A stretch of 64,000 nucleotides of DNA. Source: a virus. How positions within the stretch are numbered: the first letter of the stretch is position 1; each line of letters opens with the position of its first letter. Location of the stretch: IMG/VR virus record IMGVR_UViG_3300025570_000007. The stretch is one strand, 5' to 3'. This document shows positions 8,316 through 18,615 of the stretch, piece after piece. Below the pieces are notes generated by a model that saw only the letters and a list, made by a program, of their open reading frames with translations, was not told the DNA's origin and ran no database searches. The translations under genes were made by a program, and so were the position numbers.

Positions 8316-9665
8316 TTATCCTTTTTTATCAAATAATTCTTCCATTTTTTCTCTTGACAGGTTAAAGGAAGGTCCTGAAGATTCTTCATCTCTTTCTTCG
8401 AATAGTCCTTTCTCATCAAACTCTATGTGACCGTTGTTAGTATCCATCTTTACGCTGTATGTCATACCGTCATTTCCGTACCTATTCTTCATAAAGTGTA
8501 TTCTACCTGTTCCCAGTACCTTATCTTCTTTCATTCTCGACAAAGACATACATATGTCTGCTACCATCATCTTATCGTAAGACCCTGCTGCCTTATCTCC
8601 TTCGATTACACTATCTTTTGCTCCCATTCGGTTAACCTGTGAAGGAGTTAGTATTGGAATCTTTAATTCTTTTGCTAATCCTTTTGTAGCAATAAATACA
8701 TCGTCAATTTCATCTTTCCTGTCACTAAACTTACCTTTTGAAGGTGCTCTTAGGTAATCAACATAATCTATAATAACTAAATCAGGCTTATGTCCCATAT
8801 CTTCACATTTTTGAATATGTGATCGTATTGTAGATACTGAAGCTCCTTTTGGTGGGTACTCTTTAACGATAAGCTTACCTTTTAGGTTATTTACTATATC
8901 CTGTACCTCTTCTCTGTGCTTCTGAACGTCATCGATACTGTACCCTGTTAGGTAGCAGTCAAATCTCTTACCTACATAAGCTTCTCCTAACTCTAGGGTA
9001 TAGAAATTAACATTGAATCCTAGTTTTACAGCATGTGCAGCCATTGCAACCATTGTCCAAGATTTACCTCCACCCGGATTACCGAACATAATGACTAGAT
9101 CTCCGGGACCAAAGCCTCCTTGAATAGCATCATTCATTAAAGGCCAAGGAGTTGGAACAGTAGGTCTATAGTCTTCCCTATACCGGGATTCTACATCTTT
9201 ATTATACTCATGTCCAATATTCTTATCCATTCCTGCCTTCATGGCTTTCTCAATCATGTTACGTATCCCGTCATAATCCCCATCTCTTAGCAGGTCTGTA
9301 GAATTTAAGATAGCTTGCTTCATTTCTTGGTTTTTGCAGAATGTTGCAAACTCTTCCTGTACGTACTTTAAGTCGTCCTGCGAAGCTTCGTACGAATTTC
9401 TCAACTCTTCCTTTAGTGCTATCTGTAATATGTCCTTATCTACTTTTTGGAGTTCTACTTTTATAACATCCATGGTAATAGTAGTATGGTACTTATCAAA
9501 ATACTCTATAATCTGGTTTACAATCCACCTATGTGCATCTGAGTCAAAGTACTCTTCTTTTAGTACATCTCTTATGGTGAGTATGAAGGTCTTGTCTGTT
9601 AGTAAGGCACCCAGTACCTTTAGTTGAAATCCTTTACCGTATTGATTTAATGCTTTTAGTGTCAT
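8316..9665 (-). CDS. dnaB: Replicative DNA helicase (DnaB/T4 gp41-like)
   Basis: Walker A GNPGGGKS, YTLEL, VIIDYVD, SQVNR, KNRYG. Confidence 0.92.
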   Translation of the reverse strand: MTLKALNQYGKGFQLKVLGALLTDKTFILTIRDVLKEEYFDSDAHRWIVNQIIEYFDKYHTTITMDVIKVELQKVDKDILQIALKEELRNSYEASQDDLKYVQEEFATFCKNQEMKQAILNSTDLLRDGDYDGIRNMIEKAMKAGMDKNIGHEYNKDVESRYREDYRPTVPTPWPLMNDAIQGGFGPGDLVIMFGNPGGGKSWTMVAMAAHAVKLGFNVNFYTLELGEAYVGKRFDCYLTGYSIDDVQKHREEVQDIVNNLKGKLIVKEYPPKGASVSTIRSHIQKCEDMGHKPDLVIIDYVDYLRAPSKGKFSDRKDEIDDVFIATKGLAKELKIPILTPSQVNRMGAKDSVIEGDKAAGSYDKMMVADICMSLSRMKEDKVLGTGRIHFMKNRYGNDGMTYSVKMDTNNGHIEFDEKGLFEERDEESSGPSFNLSREKMEELFDKKG

Positions 9666-9672
9666 TTATAAC

Positions 9673-10704
9673 TTATTTTTTTACCCCTATTAATCCTCTA
9701 AAATTTTCTAGCCAACTCTCTGTGCTTTTCGTAATACTTTCCACTTTATCATGCTGTAACATACTAAGGAATCCTCCTGTCTGCATCGGCGGAACTGGTT
9801 TAGATATCTCTTCTACTATGTATTGCTTTTCCCCATCATCTAACACTGTCTCATGAAGATTCATTAGCTGGTAGTTAGTCTCTACCTTATCCCAATTTTC
9901 TACAATATTAATAAAGACTTTTTTTACTTTGTCACCTTCTAATTTTTTTGCACAAACATCGTAAATGTAATCTAACTCGATAAACGGATCTGTATTGACT
10001 GCAGGAAATTCTTTAAGAATAGTTTTTATCCCCAGTCCTCTAACTCCTGATAAGTTATCAGATTTATCACCTGTTAAGGCTTTTATTATATTATAATTCT
10101 CAGGTATTACCCCTAATTCTTCTTGTAAGTTATCCGGAGTGAATACTTTCTTTTTTACTGGCGCATATACTTGTATGTTACTATCTACTAGTTGTAGAAA
10201 ATCCTTATCTGAGGATACTATTGTGCATTTCTTACCTCCTGCTTTTATTTTTAATGCAAGGTATGCTATTATATCATCCGCCTCTAATTTCTCCATTTGA
10301 AGCTGCTGTAGAGGTAAACATTCAAGATAGTCTTGTGTTCTGTACAACTGTCCTATAAGAGCTTCTGTTTCCTGCTCTTTAGTATCGTATAGTCCCCAGT
10401 GAGTAATTCTTGCAGTTGCTCTTTGAGCTTTATAATTTGAATCTATATTCTTTCTATTTCCTGATCCACCTTTTCCATCCCAGACTACTATAACTCTTGT
10501 AGGATCAAACATCCTAGTCATGTAACCTAGACTTCTTAAGAAACCTAAAAAGCCACCTGTATGATGGCCTTCTGGGTTCATGGACTTGATTAATGCAAAG
10601 CTACGAATTAACATGTTCATAGCATCTATTATTAATATATGGTCATTTAACTGTCTTGGCGGTCCTTCTTTTAATTTATTTAAAATACTTCCGTAGTCGT
10701 TCAC
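9673..10704 (-). CDS. 5'-3' exonuclease/flap endonuclease (PolA N-domain, T4 RNase H-like)
   Basis: IIDAMN, VWDG, YKAQR, EADDII, SSDKDFLQL, GDKSDNLSGVRGLGIKT. Confidence 0.92.
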   Translation of the reverse strand: MNDYGSILNKLKEGPPRQLNDHILIIDAMNMLIRSFALIKSMNPEGHHTGGFLGFLRSLGYMTRMFDPTRVIVVWDGKGGSGNRKNIDSNYKAQRATARITHWGLYDTKEQETEALIGQLYRTQDYLECLPLQQLQMEKLEADDIIAYLALKIKAGGKKCTIVSSDKDFLQLVDSNIQVYAPVKKKVFTPDNLQEELGVIPENYNIIKALTGDKSDNLSGVRGLGIKTILKEFPAVNTDPFIELDYIYDVCAKKLEGDKVKKVFINIVENWDKVETNYQLMNLHETVLDDGEKQYIVEEISKPVPPMQTGGFLSMLQHDKVESITKSTESWLENFRGLIGVKK

Positions 10705-11777
10705 TAATTTAGTGGTTTTATGTTAGGCCTGTCTTCTTCTAAATCGCCTTCTTCTACTAAGTCAAACTTATCTGACCCTAGTAGTTCAAACCACCTATCT
10801 TTATGTTCAGCTTTGTAGTTATCTATTGCTTTTTTCTCATCTTCTATAAACCCATGAGCTGTCATAACAATCTTACCTCTAGATTGTACACCGCCTATGT
10901 GATTTTTCTCTATCTGCACATTTGTCTTTTTAGCAAACTCAACCTGCTTACCTCCGTTAATAGCTTTTATCTTAGAAGTTCCCGGATTTGTAATATTACC
11001 AAATGTAATAATTAATGTAGCATCATACCACATCGTCATTCCGTTCTTATTCTGTAATTTAGGCTGTCCCATTGGGTGTTCCGGTTTCGCCGTCCAGACC
11101 TTGTTGATTGCAATAAGAGTGTTTGTATACTTTGTACCTTCCTTTCTTGAAAGTAGTATCTTTTGATTCATATTGTTACCAAACTGAGTAGACATAGCAC
11201 CGGCATTCCATTCATTGTTGTTCTTATTAGAACGAACGGATAAGTCACATGGTACTGATCCTATAGAATCCCAAAAGAAACATAAGTCATACGGTAAGTT
11301 ACCTTTTTGCTGTTCATCCATTAGGTCTGCCATGTAAACAGCAACATCTTCTATTGTGTTTAGTGTACCCCTATCAGCATAAAGGAAAAAACCTTCGTAA
11401 TCTAGTATCTCACCTGTACTTTCATCAACTACTTCTTCAAAGTCAAGGCCCATTATTCTACTGTGTTCCCAAGACCATTTCATCTCAGTTACTATAAATA
11501 CTGGTAGAGTTCCTCTCTTTTGGCATTCTATTGCAGCTTCAATTAATGCGGTTGTCTTACCTGTATCACTATGTCCTCTAAGTAGTGTAATATGCCCTAC
11601 AGGGTAGCCTGGTAGTGAAGTGATTTCTTGCAGTGCAGGAGACATTGGTATGTATTCTTGCTCTTTAAACTTAACAGAGGTTAGAGCGTACCCTTTCTTC
11701 TTCTTAAAACTTCCGAGATTAAAATTTTTCTTGACTGCCGCAGATGCGGCGTCCTGTACGCTCTTTTTCTTTGCCAT
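10704..11777 (-). CDS. recA: RecA/UvsX recombinase
   Basis: Walker A GHSDTGKTT, WDSIGS, RecA-like C-terminal strands. Confidence 0.85.
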   Translation of the reverse strand: MAKKKSVQDAASAAVKKNFNLGSFKKKKGYALTSVKFKEQEYIPMSPALQEITSLPGYPVGHITLLRGHSDTGKTTALIEAAIECQKRGTLPVFIVTEMKWSWEHSRIMGLDFEEVVDESTGEILDYEGFFLYADRGTLNTIEDVAVYMADLMDEQQKGNLPYDLCFFWDSIGSVPCDLSVRSNKNNNEWNAGAMSTQFGNNMNQKILLSRKEGTKYTNTLIAINKVWTAKPEHPMGQPKLQNKNGMTMWYDATLIITFGNITNPGTSKIKAINGGKQVEFAKKTNVQIEKNHIGGVQSRGKIVMTAHGFIEDEKKAIDNYKAEHKDRWFELLGSDKFDLVEEGDLEEDRPNIKPLN

Positions 11778-11783
11778 TCCTAA

Positions 11784-12638
11784 TTAGTTAAATAAGTCGT
11801 CGAATTTTGCTACTGCACCTTTCTTATTCTCTGTTGCAGTCTCTAAGGTAAAGTCTGTTTTTTGCTTTCCTAATGCTTCAGGAAGGTCTTTGTCTTCTTT
11901 CAAAGATTCGGACTTAGTAGCTTTCTTAGCTTCTACCTCTTCTTTTGAAGGAAACGGTGATTCATCTTGAGATTTTTCTTCTACTGCGTTTGGATCTAAG
12001 TAGCTCTTAAGCTGTGTCTTAATGTGGTCGTAACTATATTGAGTAAAAGATTCTTCTGCTATTGGCTGTTCTTTTAACCATAACTCAACTTGCTTATTAT
12101 CTTCTGATAATGGGGTTTGTTTAGGTTTAATTCGAACACTAGTTTCAGGGTAAGGGTTTCCTTTTTGCTTATCAACTACCAAGTCCCATCCGTTAATAAC
12201 ATCAGTGAAATCACCTATGTCTTCATCTTCTGCTAAAGCAAGTAATGCTTTGTATATAGTTACACCAAATCCGTATAACCTAACTCCCTGATCTTCTTCA
12301 CCTCTTACGATTACCGGAGCATATATTCTAAGTTTTGGATTAAGTTTTCCTGATAGTGACCAGTTGTCCTTATCATCTGTTTTACGTAATTCTTTTACGA
12401 ATTCGTCAATAGGGTCTTGTTTACCGAAGTTTGATAAAGCTATCATTGGGAACTTTCCTATATTAAAGTGAAACTTTAATTCAGTAAAAGGATAAGCTGG
12501 GTTGTTTACTGCAGGGACTATCCGAATGGTCTGTTTACCGAATTCTGGTTTCCAAAAGATTTTTGAGAAGTCAATCTTCTCTCTATCGTTGTCACTGTTA
12601 AGAGCATCTAGCTTAGCTCTGATTGCATTAATGTCCAT
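11784..12638 (-). CDS. Single-stranded DNA-binding protein (T4 gp32-like)
   Basis: FWKP...IRIVP...GDFTDVINGWDL, C-terminal FDDLFN tail, located beside recA. Confidence 0.8.
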   Translation of the reverse strand: MDINAIRAKLDALNSDNDREKIDFSKIFWKPEFGKQTIRIVPAVNNPAYPFTELKFHFNIGKFPMIALSNFGKQDPIDEFVKELRKTDDKDNWSLSGKLNPKLRIYAPVIVRGEEDQGVRLYGFGVTIYKALLALAEDEDIGDFTDVINGWDLVVDKQKGNPYPETSVRIKPKQTPLSEDNKQVELWLKEQPIAEESFTQYSYDHIKTQLKSYLDPNAVEEKSQDESPFPSKEEVEAKKATKSESLKEDKDLPEALGKQKTDFTLETATENKKGAVAKFDDLFN

Positions 12639-12675
12639 ATGTTAAATTTGTTTAATTTACTATTTCTGTTTAACA

Positions 12676-12705
12676 TAATTTAGGAAAAAGATTTCAATTA
12701 GACAA
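12676..12705 (-). promoter_or_regulatory. Host-type promoter for ssb-recA-exo-helicase
   Basis: Sense TTG-N20-TAAATTA. Confidence 0.65.
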
Positions 12706-13173
12706 CTAAAGCTCAATTAGTTTGTGTAGCTTTGTACCTACCTGCTTTAATTCAACACCCTTAGTTAGAAGTACGCAGTTTCTGTAGTTATTCCAGTCTA
12801 TTCTGAAGGAAGTATCTAGTACTCCTCCGTTCAATTCTTTAATCAGTAGGTTAAGTGCGTTTATTGTATATAACGTGTTTGTTTCTTTTTTTCGATGTAC
12901 TAAAATAGTATTATCTAAAAAATTGTTAATATTTCCAAAATCTACGTTGTAAGTACATAGGTACTCATCTTGTTGTTTTGAATATAGTACAAATATCTTA
13001 TTGTAGAGAATTTTATAACTAGTCTCTATAGTAGTTAACACTTCTTCTAACTCTTCTCCGGTAGAAAAAGTGCAAAACAACTTATTACTCATATCTTCAT
13101 TTCTAAAAGCTGATCCGGTGTCGTAGTCGAATTTGCTTATTAACGTATCGTTCATATATAAATAGTTACTCAA
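12706..13173 (-). CDS. Hypothetical protein (true start may be MSNKLFCTF at 13092)
   Basis: HRKKETNTLYTINALN motif. A late motif at 13157-13164 lies inside the annotated 5' end. Confidence 0.65.
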   Translation of the reverse strand: MSNYLYMNDTLISKFDYDTGSAFRNEDMSNKLFCTFSTGEELEEVLTTIETSYKILYNKIFVLYSKQQDEYLCTYNVDFGNINNFLDNTILVHRKKETNTLYTINALNLLIKELNGGVLDTSFRIDWNNYRNCVLLTKGVELKQVGTKLHKLIEL

Positions 13174-13175
13174 TT

Positions 13176-14507
13176 CTATAAACTCAGATCCTTACTAAAT
13201 TGAAATTTTACGGGGTATTTTTTACCCTCCTCTAGTATTTTCTGTAGTTCTTCTAAGGTTTCCTTTCCGTCTTCTTTCTTAAAGTCTATTATAATCGCAT
13301 CATAAACGTATAACACTACTTTAGAATGTTTTCCGGATAAGTACCTTAGTACTTCTTTTAATATACGTATATTCCTCGAAGTCTCCAACGATTGCATCAT
13401 ATAGTTCATCAACTTGGCTGGATGCATGTCTTCTAGTTCTTTTGTGAAGGGTTTTTTTGATATTGGGTCATAGACTACTCCCTCTTCTTGGTAGGTTCTC
13501 CACATAGTATCTATAAATTGCTGTATTAACCTAAAGATAGGTAGGTTTTTATGCTGCACAGGTATCTTACCGTATATTGCATGGAAGTTTATCTGCTTTG
13601 CTTTTAAGTATTCTTCATCTGTAATCTCATCTTTACCGAAATATAGCTTAGCTAACTGCTTATGTGCTGATTCTTCGGTTAGCTCGTACCCTACTTGTTC
13701 AGCTAACAACCTTAAATGGTATCCATCAAAGTCAAACTCAACAAAGAAGTCGTTTATAGGTGTAAACACTCCTCTATGTTCCCTTGTCTTAGGAATAGCT
13801 GCAAAATTAACCGAGTTAAATGCGTTAGTTGGCCTAGAAGTGCTATTATATAGGTTATACTGTGTATATGCCACACTACACTCTATATTGTGAACAGGAT
13901 TTCGTGGTTGAAACAGTTCTACGAAGGATTCGTACTGTATTCCTATCCCTTGCTGTTCTACCATAAAGAATACATTTGCTGCAAGCTTATTATAGTAGTC
14001 GAATCCTGAAGGGATATTAAGATCTACTTTTTTCGTGTTAAATACGTGTTTATACTCGTTTTCGCACCTTTCGTACAATTTACCTAACGGTATAAGTTTA
14101 TTAAGGTCTTTCTTACTACTGTGCTTAATGTAGTACCAGTTAATCAGTGTACTACTATCAGGAAGTTCTAACCTTTCGTAATGATTCATTGAATAGATTA
14201 GTGATATGTCTATAGCATCCTGTAAGTTAAGGTGGTACAGTAGATTCTTCTTATTCTTTACGTATAGTATTGTAAATTTCTTTAAGATATCATAAACACG
14301 TTGTTTTACTACGTTTAGACCCTCTTCGTGATCGATAGGAATGATATACCCTTGTGGGGATTCTAACGGACGTATGTAGATTGCTACAGTTTCTGTCAGA
14401 TAAGGGTGATACATGTCGTTTGTTGTAATAACGTCAAGGTAGCCTCCTCTACTGCTCTGTTCTTCAAGCCAGTCTAACTGATCTTCTGTTTCTAGTATAT
14501 AAAACAT
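13176..14507 (-). CDS. Short, divergent family A DNA polymerase
   Basis: Motif A EFDFDGYHLRLLA, motif B AKQINFHAIYG, NYMMQSLE, motif C YVYDAII. Confidence 0.8.
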   Translation of the reverse strand: MFYILETEDQLDWLEEQSSRGGYLDVITTNDMYHPYLTETVAIYIRPLESPQGYIIPIDHEEGLNVVKQRVYDILKKFTILYVKNKKNLLYHLNLQDAIDISLIYSMNHYERLELPDSSTLINWYYIKHSSKKDLNKLIPLGKLYERCENEYKHVFNTKKVDLNIPSGFDYYNKLAANVFFMVEQQGIGIQYESFVELFQPRNPVHNIECSVAYTQYNLYNSTSRPTNAFNSVNFAAIPKTREHRGVFTPINDFFVEFDFDGYHLRLLAEQVGYELTEESAHKQLAKLYFGKDEITDEEYLKAKQINFHAIYGKIPVQHKNLPIFRLIQQFIDTMWRTYQEEGVVYDPISKKPFTKELEDMHPAKLMNYMMQSLETSRNIRILKEVLRYLSGKHSKVVLYVYDAIIIDFKKEDGKETLEELQKILEEGKKYPVKFQFSKDLSL

Positions 14508-14528
14508 CTATAATATAACCTTTTTATC

Positions 14529-14558
14529 TAATATACGTAATCTATATCAGATCTACAA
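14529..14558 (-). promoter_or_regulatory. Host-type promoter for the polymerase gene
   Basis: Sense TTG-N20-TATATTA. Confidence 0.7.
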
Positions 14559-15197
14559 CTTCCTTCCTGGTGCTGGAATATCAAAAGATGTGTTCTCCGG
14601 TCTAGTCTTGCTTTTTTGTACTAAGTCTGCTGGTGTTTCTTCAACATATTGTGTGAAATCCGTAATTAATGCGGTAATCCCTGGCATTTCTCTATTGAAT
14701 AGCTGTGTAGACCTTCTATTTACGCTCTCAGCACCCCTATATACACGGTTATCCACTGTTATATCCTTTACTGGTCCTCTTAATCTCCAATTTAGTATAC
14801 CGATTACTTCATATAGAGGAGTACCTTTAAACTTTCTATCAAAATCTACTTCAGATACCTCTTTTATCTTACCTGTTGATAAGTTCTTACTAAAGTATCT
14901 TCCGGTTATTCCTAATTTCATCTCTCTTTCAGTAGGTTTAAATACTATTGGTGTAGTATCGTAACTAGTTTGTACTTCTGAGTCTGAATTTAGTATGTTA
15001 TCTATAGCTTTACTTGCGAATAGTTGAACTGCATTAGTAAATATACCTAATGCAAGGTCAGCAACCGGTACATCGAAGAACTGTCCTGCAGATGTCTTAA
15101 TTACAGAGGATTTTTTATAGTTATTACCTTCACTATCTTTAAGTGGAGGTACATCCTGTGTTTTTTCTTTTTTATATTGGTGATTAGGTAAGTACAT
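14553..15197 (-). CDS. Hypothetical baseplate-region protein
   Basis: 214 aa, last gene of the baseplate operon. Confidence 0.55.
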   Translation of the reverse strand: MYLPNHQYKKEKTQDVPPLKDSEGNNYKKSSVIKTSAGQFFDVPVADLALGIFTNAVQLFASKAIDNILNSDSEVQTSYDTTPIVFKPTEREMKLGITGRYFSKNLSTGKIKEVSEVDFDRKFKGTPLYEVIGILNWRLRGPVKDITVDNRVYRGAESVNRRSTQLFNREMPGITALITDFTQYVEETPADLVQKSKTRPENTSFDIPAPGRKL

Positions 15198-15211
15198 GTT
15201 AGTTTTTTATG

Positions 15212-18200
15212 TTAAACTGGTCCCCAGTATTCGAAATGCCATAGTTCATCTGTGCCTGAATTGTCAGATAGTCTCCATGGGTTATAAAATCCGTACTTAG
15301 CACCTATTTCTGCTATTTTCTTATACTTATCGGTTTTTCTTCCTTCTAAGTTCTTAGCTGGATCACCTGATCCGCCTACTAGTACGTTTAAATCTCCTAA
15401 ATCAATGGTTCCTCCCCATCCATGAGCCGATTTTCCTGGTGTTGCTACTGTGTTTTTTTGTTCTAAGGTACCTTGGTGCTTTGTATTTCTGTATGCACTC
15501 GATACTTGGTAGGAAATACCTAAAGCTTTCATCGTTTCCCGCCAGTTTCTCCAAGCTCTGTAGGCTATTGGGTGTAGCATGTACTCAGGAATGTGGTTAG
15601 GATTCATGTACCTCTTTGAAGCGCCTTGATTTTCCCCTATAAACACTAGTACATTAGCATCTGTCTGGTCTAATAGTCCATTTAAGCGGAATTCTGCTCT
15701 TAACTTCTGTGCTAAAGGTGAACTATCGTAACGAGAACTACCTACCTTACCTTTATTTATGATTGGAGCCCAGTCTGTACCTGTATCCGATACAACCTCC
15801 TCTGTAATCGTAGTCTCTGGTGTTTCTTCTGGTATAGTATCTACACTATTTTCTTTATGTGCTACCTTTTCTACTTCAGTTGGCAGTCCTATGTTAAAGA
15901 ATTGAGTCTTTATTGAAGTAATCCACTTATTGTCCTGTATCGAATGTGCTAATCCTGTGATTAAGAATCCAAACTGTGTGGTATATACTTCAGGTAGCAC
16001 ACCTTTCTCTACTAGGAATGCCTGTCCTATCTTTAATCCTCCGATTCCTATAGTATCAAAAGATAACTCTATGGGAATGACCCCTGGTACAGGTTTTTTT
16101 GAAGTCCTTCCTTTAAAATATTCATCAAGTACGTTTATTGAGCAGTACTGCTTATGGTAAGATCTTAAATTATTGAACCCTTCTTTATTGTAATCAGGTG
16201 CTTTGTAAAATTCAATAAAATTATCATCGTGATTGAATTCATCAAAACAATTTTTCACTTCCCTAAACCATTCAAACTTCCTTTTTGCCTCTTCCGCACG
16301 TTGTTTCTCTTTTGAACTATCATCAGCAGTATTTACTACTGTCTTTGCTCGAATGTGCCTATCAATTAGTCCTGAGTTCCATTTTAGAAGTGCTTCTACG
16401 TTCTCTTTATAGTTGTTCCCTGTTCCTTGTGCAGCTATTGATATTTGTGCAGCTATTTCGTTTGATATTTTACTACTAATATTAAGTTTTGATACTGTTG
16501 ACTTAAGCCCTACTAGGTTAATAGAGGCATTATCCGGTAATGATACTCTTGCAGGAGTTATTTTCCTATCTACAATATAGTACAGGTCCTCTACCTCATC
16601 ATAGAATAAATCTAACTCGTTTACTCCTCCTAGTACGTCATTTATACCTGATAGTACTCTTTTCAAGTAACTTGTCATGTTCTGTTGGGACTTGTCCGTA
16701 CTATCTGCGATATCATCTATAATAGATGTTAGGAAATAGACAGATACGTATATATTAAGTATGTCATCAGGCTTTCCCCTCAACTTACCTTCCTTAAAGA
16801 ATTTTGATATGTTATCGTGCACATTCGAAGTTGTAATCTTACCTAAAGAACCTTTTACTGTAATTTCTTTTTGTTCTGTCTTTGATGGAACTACTATCGG
16901 TGTTCCTCCTTTAGTATACACAATTGATTCCTTACTTTCTTTAACCAGTCTACCTTTCTCCTCTATAGGTGCAGATGCTTTAGGAAGTATACATACTAGC
17001 GGGTCTATAGAAAAATGCTTTGGTGATGTTATGTATTTTGCGACACTTTCGTAATCTCCTGTCTTATCTACATCAGTCTGCCCTACGTAGAATTGAATCA
17101 GCTTTTTATTCTCTCCGTTCTTAAGTAATTCATCTTTTTCTGTAGAATCCATAGGTGCAACAAACTTATTGTATACATCTAGCAATGTTCTTAATGTTAT
17201 ATACTGTCCTGAGATATCATCGTTGTCCCAAAAACCTGTATCTTTCATCTCTAACGACACTACATTGACGGAATAGAACTGATCTAAGCGTTTCTTAAAC
17301 TCTTTCGCGGTATCGTTGGATAAGGCTTTATCAGGTCTTTTATCATTGTTAAGAGACGTATAATCCTGTTTACTTTTTTTAGTTAATTCGGTAAAAAATT
17401 TATGAAATACACTTTTTCTTTGAAATCTATCTGTTTCTCTTCCTTCTGCGACATCCAAAGCTATTCCTGCATTGGAAGGATCAAAGGTTATTGCCATAGA
17501 TTCTAATATAGAGCCTTTAGATATTAGAGTCACTGTACAATCGTATCCTCCGTCCTCTCTAAAGTTCCAAGAGAAGTTTTTAACATACCCGTACATAGCA
17601 TCATAGTTATTATCACTAGCTTTTCTAAATTTTGCTAACTGTTCTTCTATATACCTTGTTCTATAATGCCAATTTACAAATTCATCAAAGCCTTTTACTT
17701 CTGAGCGAAGTTCTTGGTTTTCGCTATCTATCCATAAGCTATGTCCCCACTCTAACAGCATAGAGTAGCCCGGTCTTAAATACAGGGCTTGTATTACTTC
17801 TAAATCTTCTAAGGTCCATGCTACTAGTTTAATAGTTGCTTCTCTTAATGTACCGTAAGTGTTTTTTGATTCAACATTTACTGATTCAATACCTGGTGTT
17901 GGCCTGAATCCTAGTGACTGGTAGTTGTGGTATGTATTTGTTCTTAAATCTCCAGGTGTAATAGTACCGTCTTGTGCTACAGTAACAGGGGAGTGGTATT
18001 TATCTGTTGAGATCCCTCCTGATAGGGGTACATTCTTTTTCATACTACCTCCCAGCAGTACATTATTATATGCTAAGTCTCTATTACCTGCTATTAATTT
18101 AGGATCGGTTCCTTCTTGTAATTTTTCAACCTCTTCCTTTGTTAAAGTATCAACGCTAGACATAAGCCTAACCCATGCACCGTTACTGTTCATGTACATT

Positions 18201-18310
18201 AGTTGATCTGAGGTTCTATTAACTGAGCTAAATAGCTTTTCTCTTGCTTTTAGTTGAGCAGCTACTTCAGGAGTGAATCCTGAACCTATAACTTCTTTTC
18301 TTTTTGCCAT
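15212..18310 (-). CDS. Baseplate hub/tail lysin with C-terminal M15 (VanY-like D,D-carboxypeptidase) domain
   Basis: C-terminal SAYR...Q...ATPGKSAHGWGGTID...ELWHFEY. Hub-like N-terminus. Position after tape measure and LysM genes. Confidence 0.75.
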   Translation of the reverse strand: MAKRKEVIGSGFTPEVAAQLKAREKLFSSVNRTSDQLMYMNSNGAWVRLMSSVDTLTKEEVEKLQEGTDPKLIAGNRDLAYNNVLLGGSMKKNVPLSGGISTDKYHSPVTVAQDGTITPGDLRTNTYHNYQSLGFRPTPGIESVNVESKNTYGTLREATIKLVAWTLEDLEVIQALYLRPGYSMLLEWGHSLWIDSENQELRSEVKGFDEFVNWHYRTRYIEEQLAKFRKASDNNYDAMYGYVKNFSWNFREDGGYDCTVTLISKGSILESMAITFDPSNAGIALDVAEGRETDRFQRKSVFHKFFTELTKKSKQDYTSLNNDKRPDKALSNDTAKEFKKRLDQFYSVNVVSLEMKDTGFWDNDDISGQYITLRTLLDVYNKFVAPMDSTEKDELLKNGENKKLIQFYVGQTDVDKTGDYESVAKYITSPKHFSIDPLVCILPKASAPIEEKGRLVKESKESIVYTKGGTPIVVPSKTEQKEITVKGSLGKITTSNVHDNISKFFKEGKLRGKPDDILNIYVSVYFLTSIIDDIADSTDKSQQNMTSYLKRVLSGINDVLGGVNELDLFYDEVEDLYYIVDRKITPARVSLPDNASINLVGLKSTVSKLNISSKISNEIAAQISIAAQGTGNNYKENVEALLKWNSGLIDRHIRAKTVVNTADDSSKEKQRAEEAKRKFEWFREVKNCFDEFNHDDNFIEFYKAPDYNKEGFNNLRSYHKQYCSINVLDEYFKGRTSKKPVPGVIPIELSFDTIGIGGLKIGQAFLVEKGVLPEVYTTQFGFLITGLAHSIQDNKWITSIKTQFFNIGLPTEVEKVAHKENSVDTIPEETPETTITEEVVSDTGTDWAPIINKGKVGSSRYDSSPLAQKLRAEFRLNGLLDQTDANVLVFIGENQGASKRYMNPNHIPEYMLHPIAYRAWRNWRETMKALGISYQVSSAYRNTKHQGTLEQKNTVATPGKSAHGWGGTIDLGDLNVLVGGSGDPAKNLEGRKTDKYKKIAEIGAKYGFYNPWRLSDNSGTDELWHFEYWGPV

Positions 18311-18615
18311 TACCTACTATTATTAACATTGTCAAAGTTTTGTAATACCTGGTTCTTATCAGCAGGAATTCTTAACTGTATTCCCGGTGTTATGTTTAAA
18401 GATCCTCTAAAGTAGTTGTTGGCACTTGCTATTATCCACCATAAGGATGAATCGTTGTAGAACTGTTGAGCCAGTACATCGAACCTATCACCAGCTGATG
18501 TAATAACGTAAATGTCATTCTCATTAACAGGTACTTCGGGGTATATAGCATTAGTTCTATAATTTACTCCTTCTGTTGACTTAGTGGTGTCTATATTTTT
18601 ATAACGTCTCGGCAT
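18310..18615 (-). CDS. LysM-like baseplate wedge/tail X protein (gp53-like)
   Basis: GDRFDVLAQQFYNDSSLWWIIASAN...GIQLRIP. Confidence 0.85.
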   Translation of the reverse strand: MPRRYKNIDTTKSTEGVNYRTNAIYPEVPVNENDIYVITSAGDRFDVLAQQFYNDSSLWWIIASANNYFRGSLNITPGIQLRIPADKNQVLQNFDNVNNSR

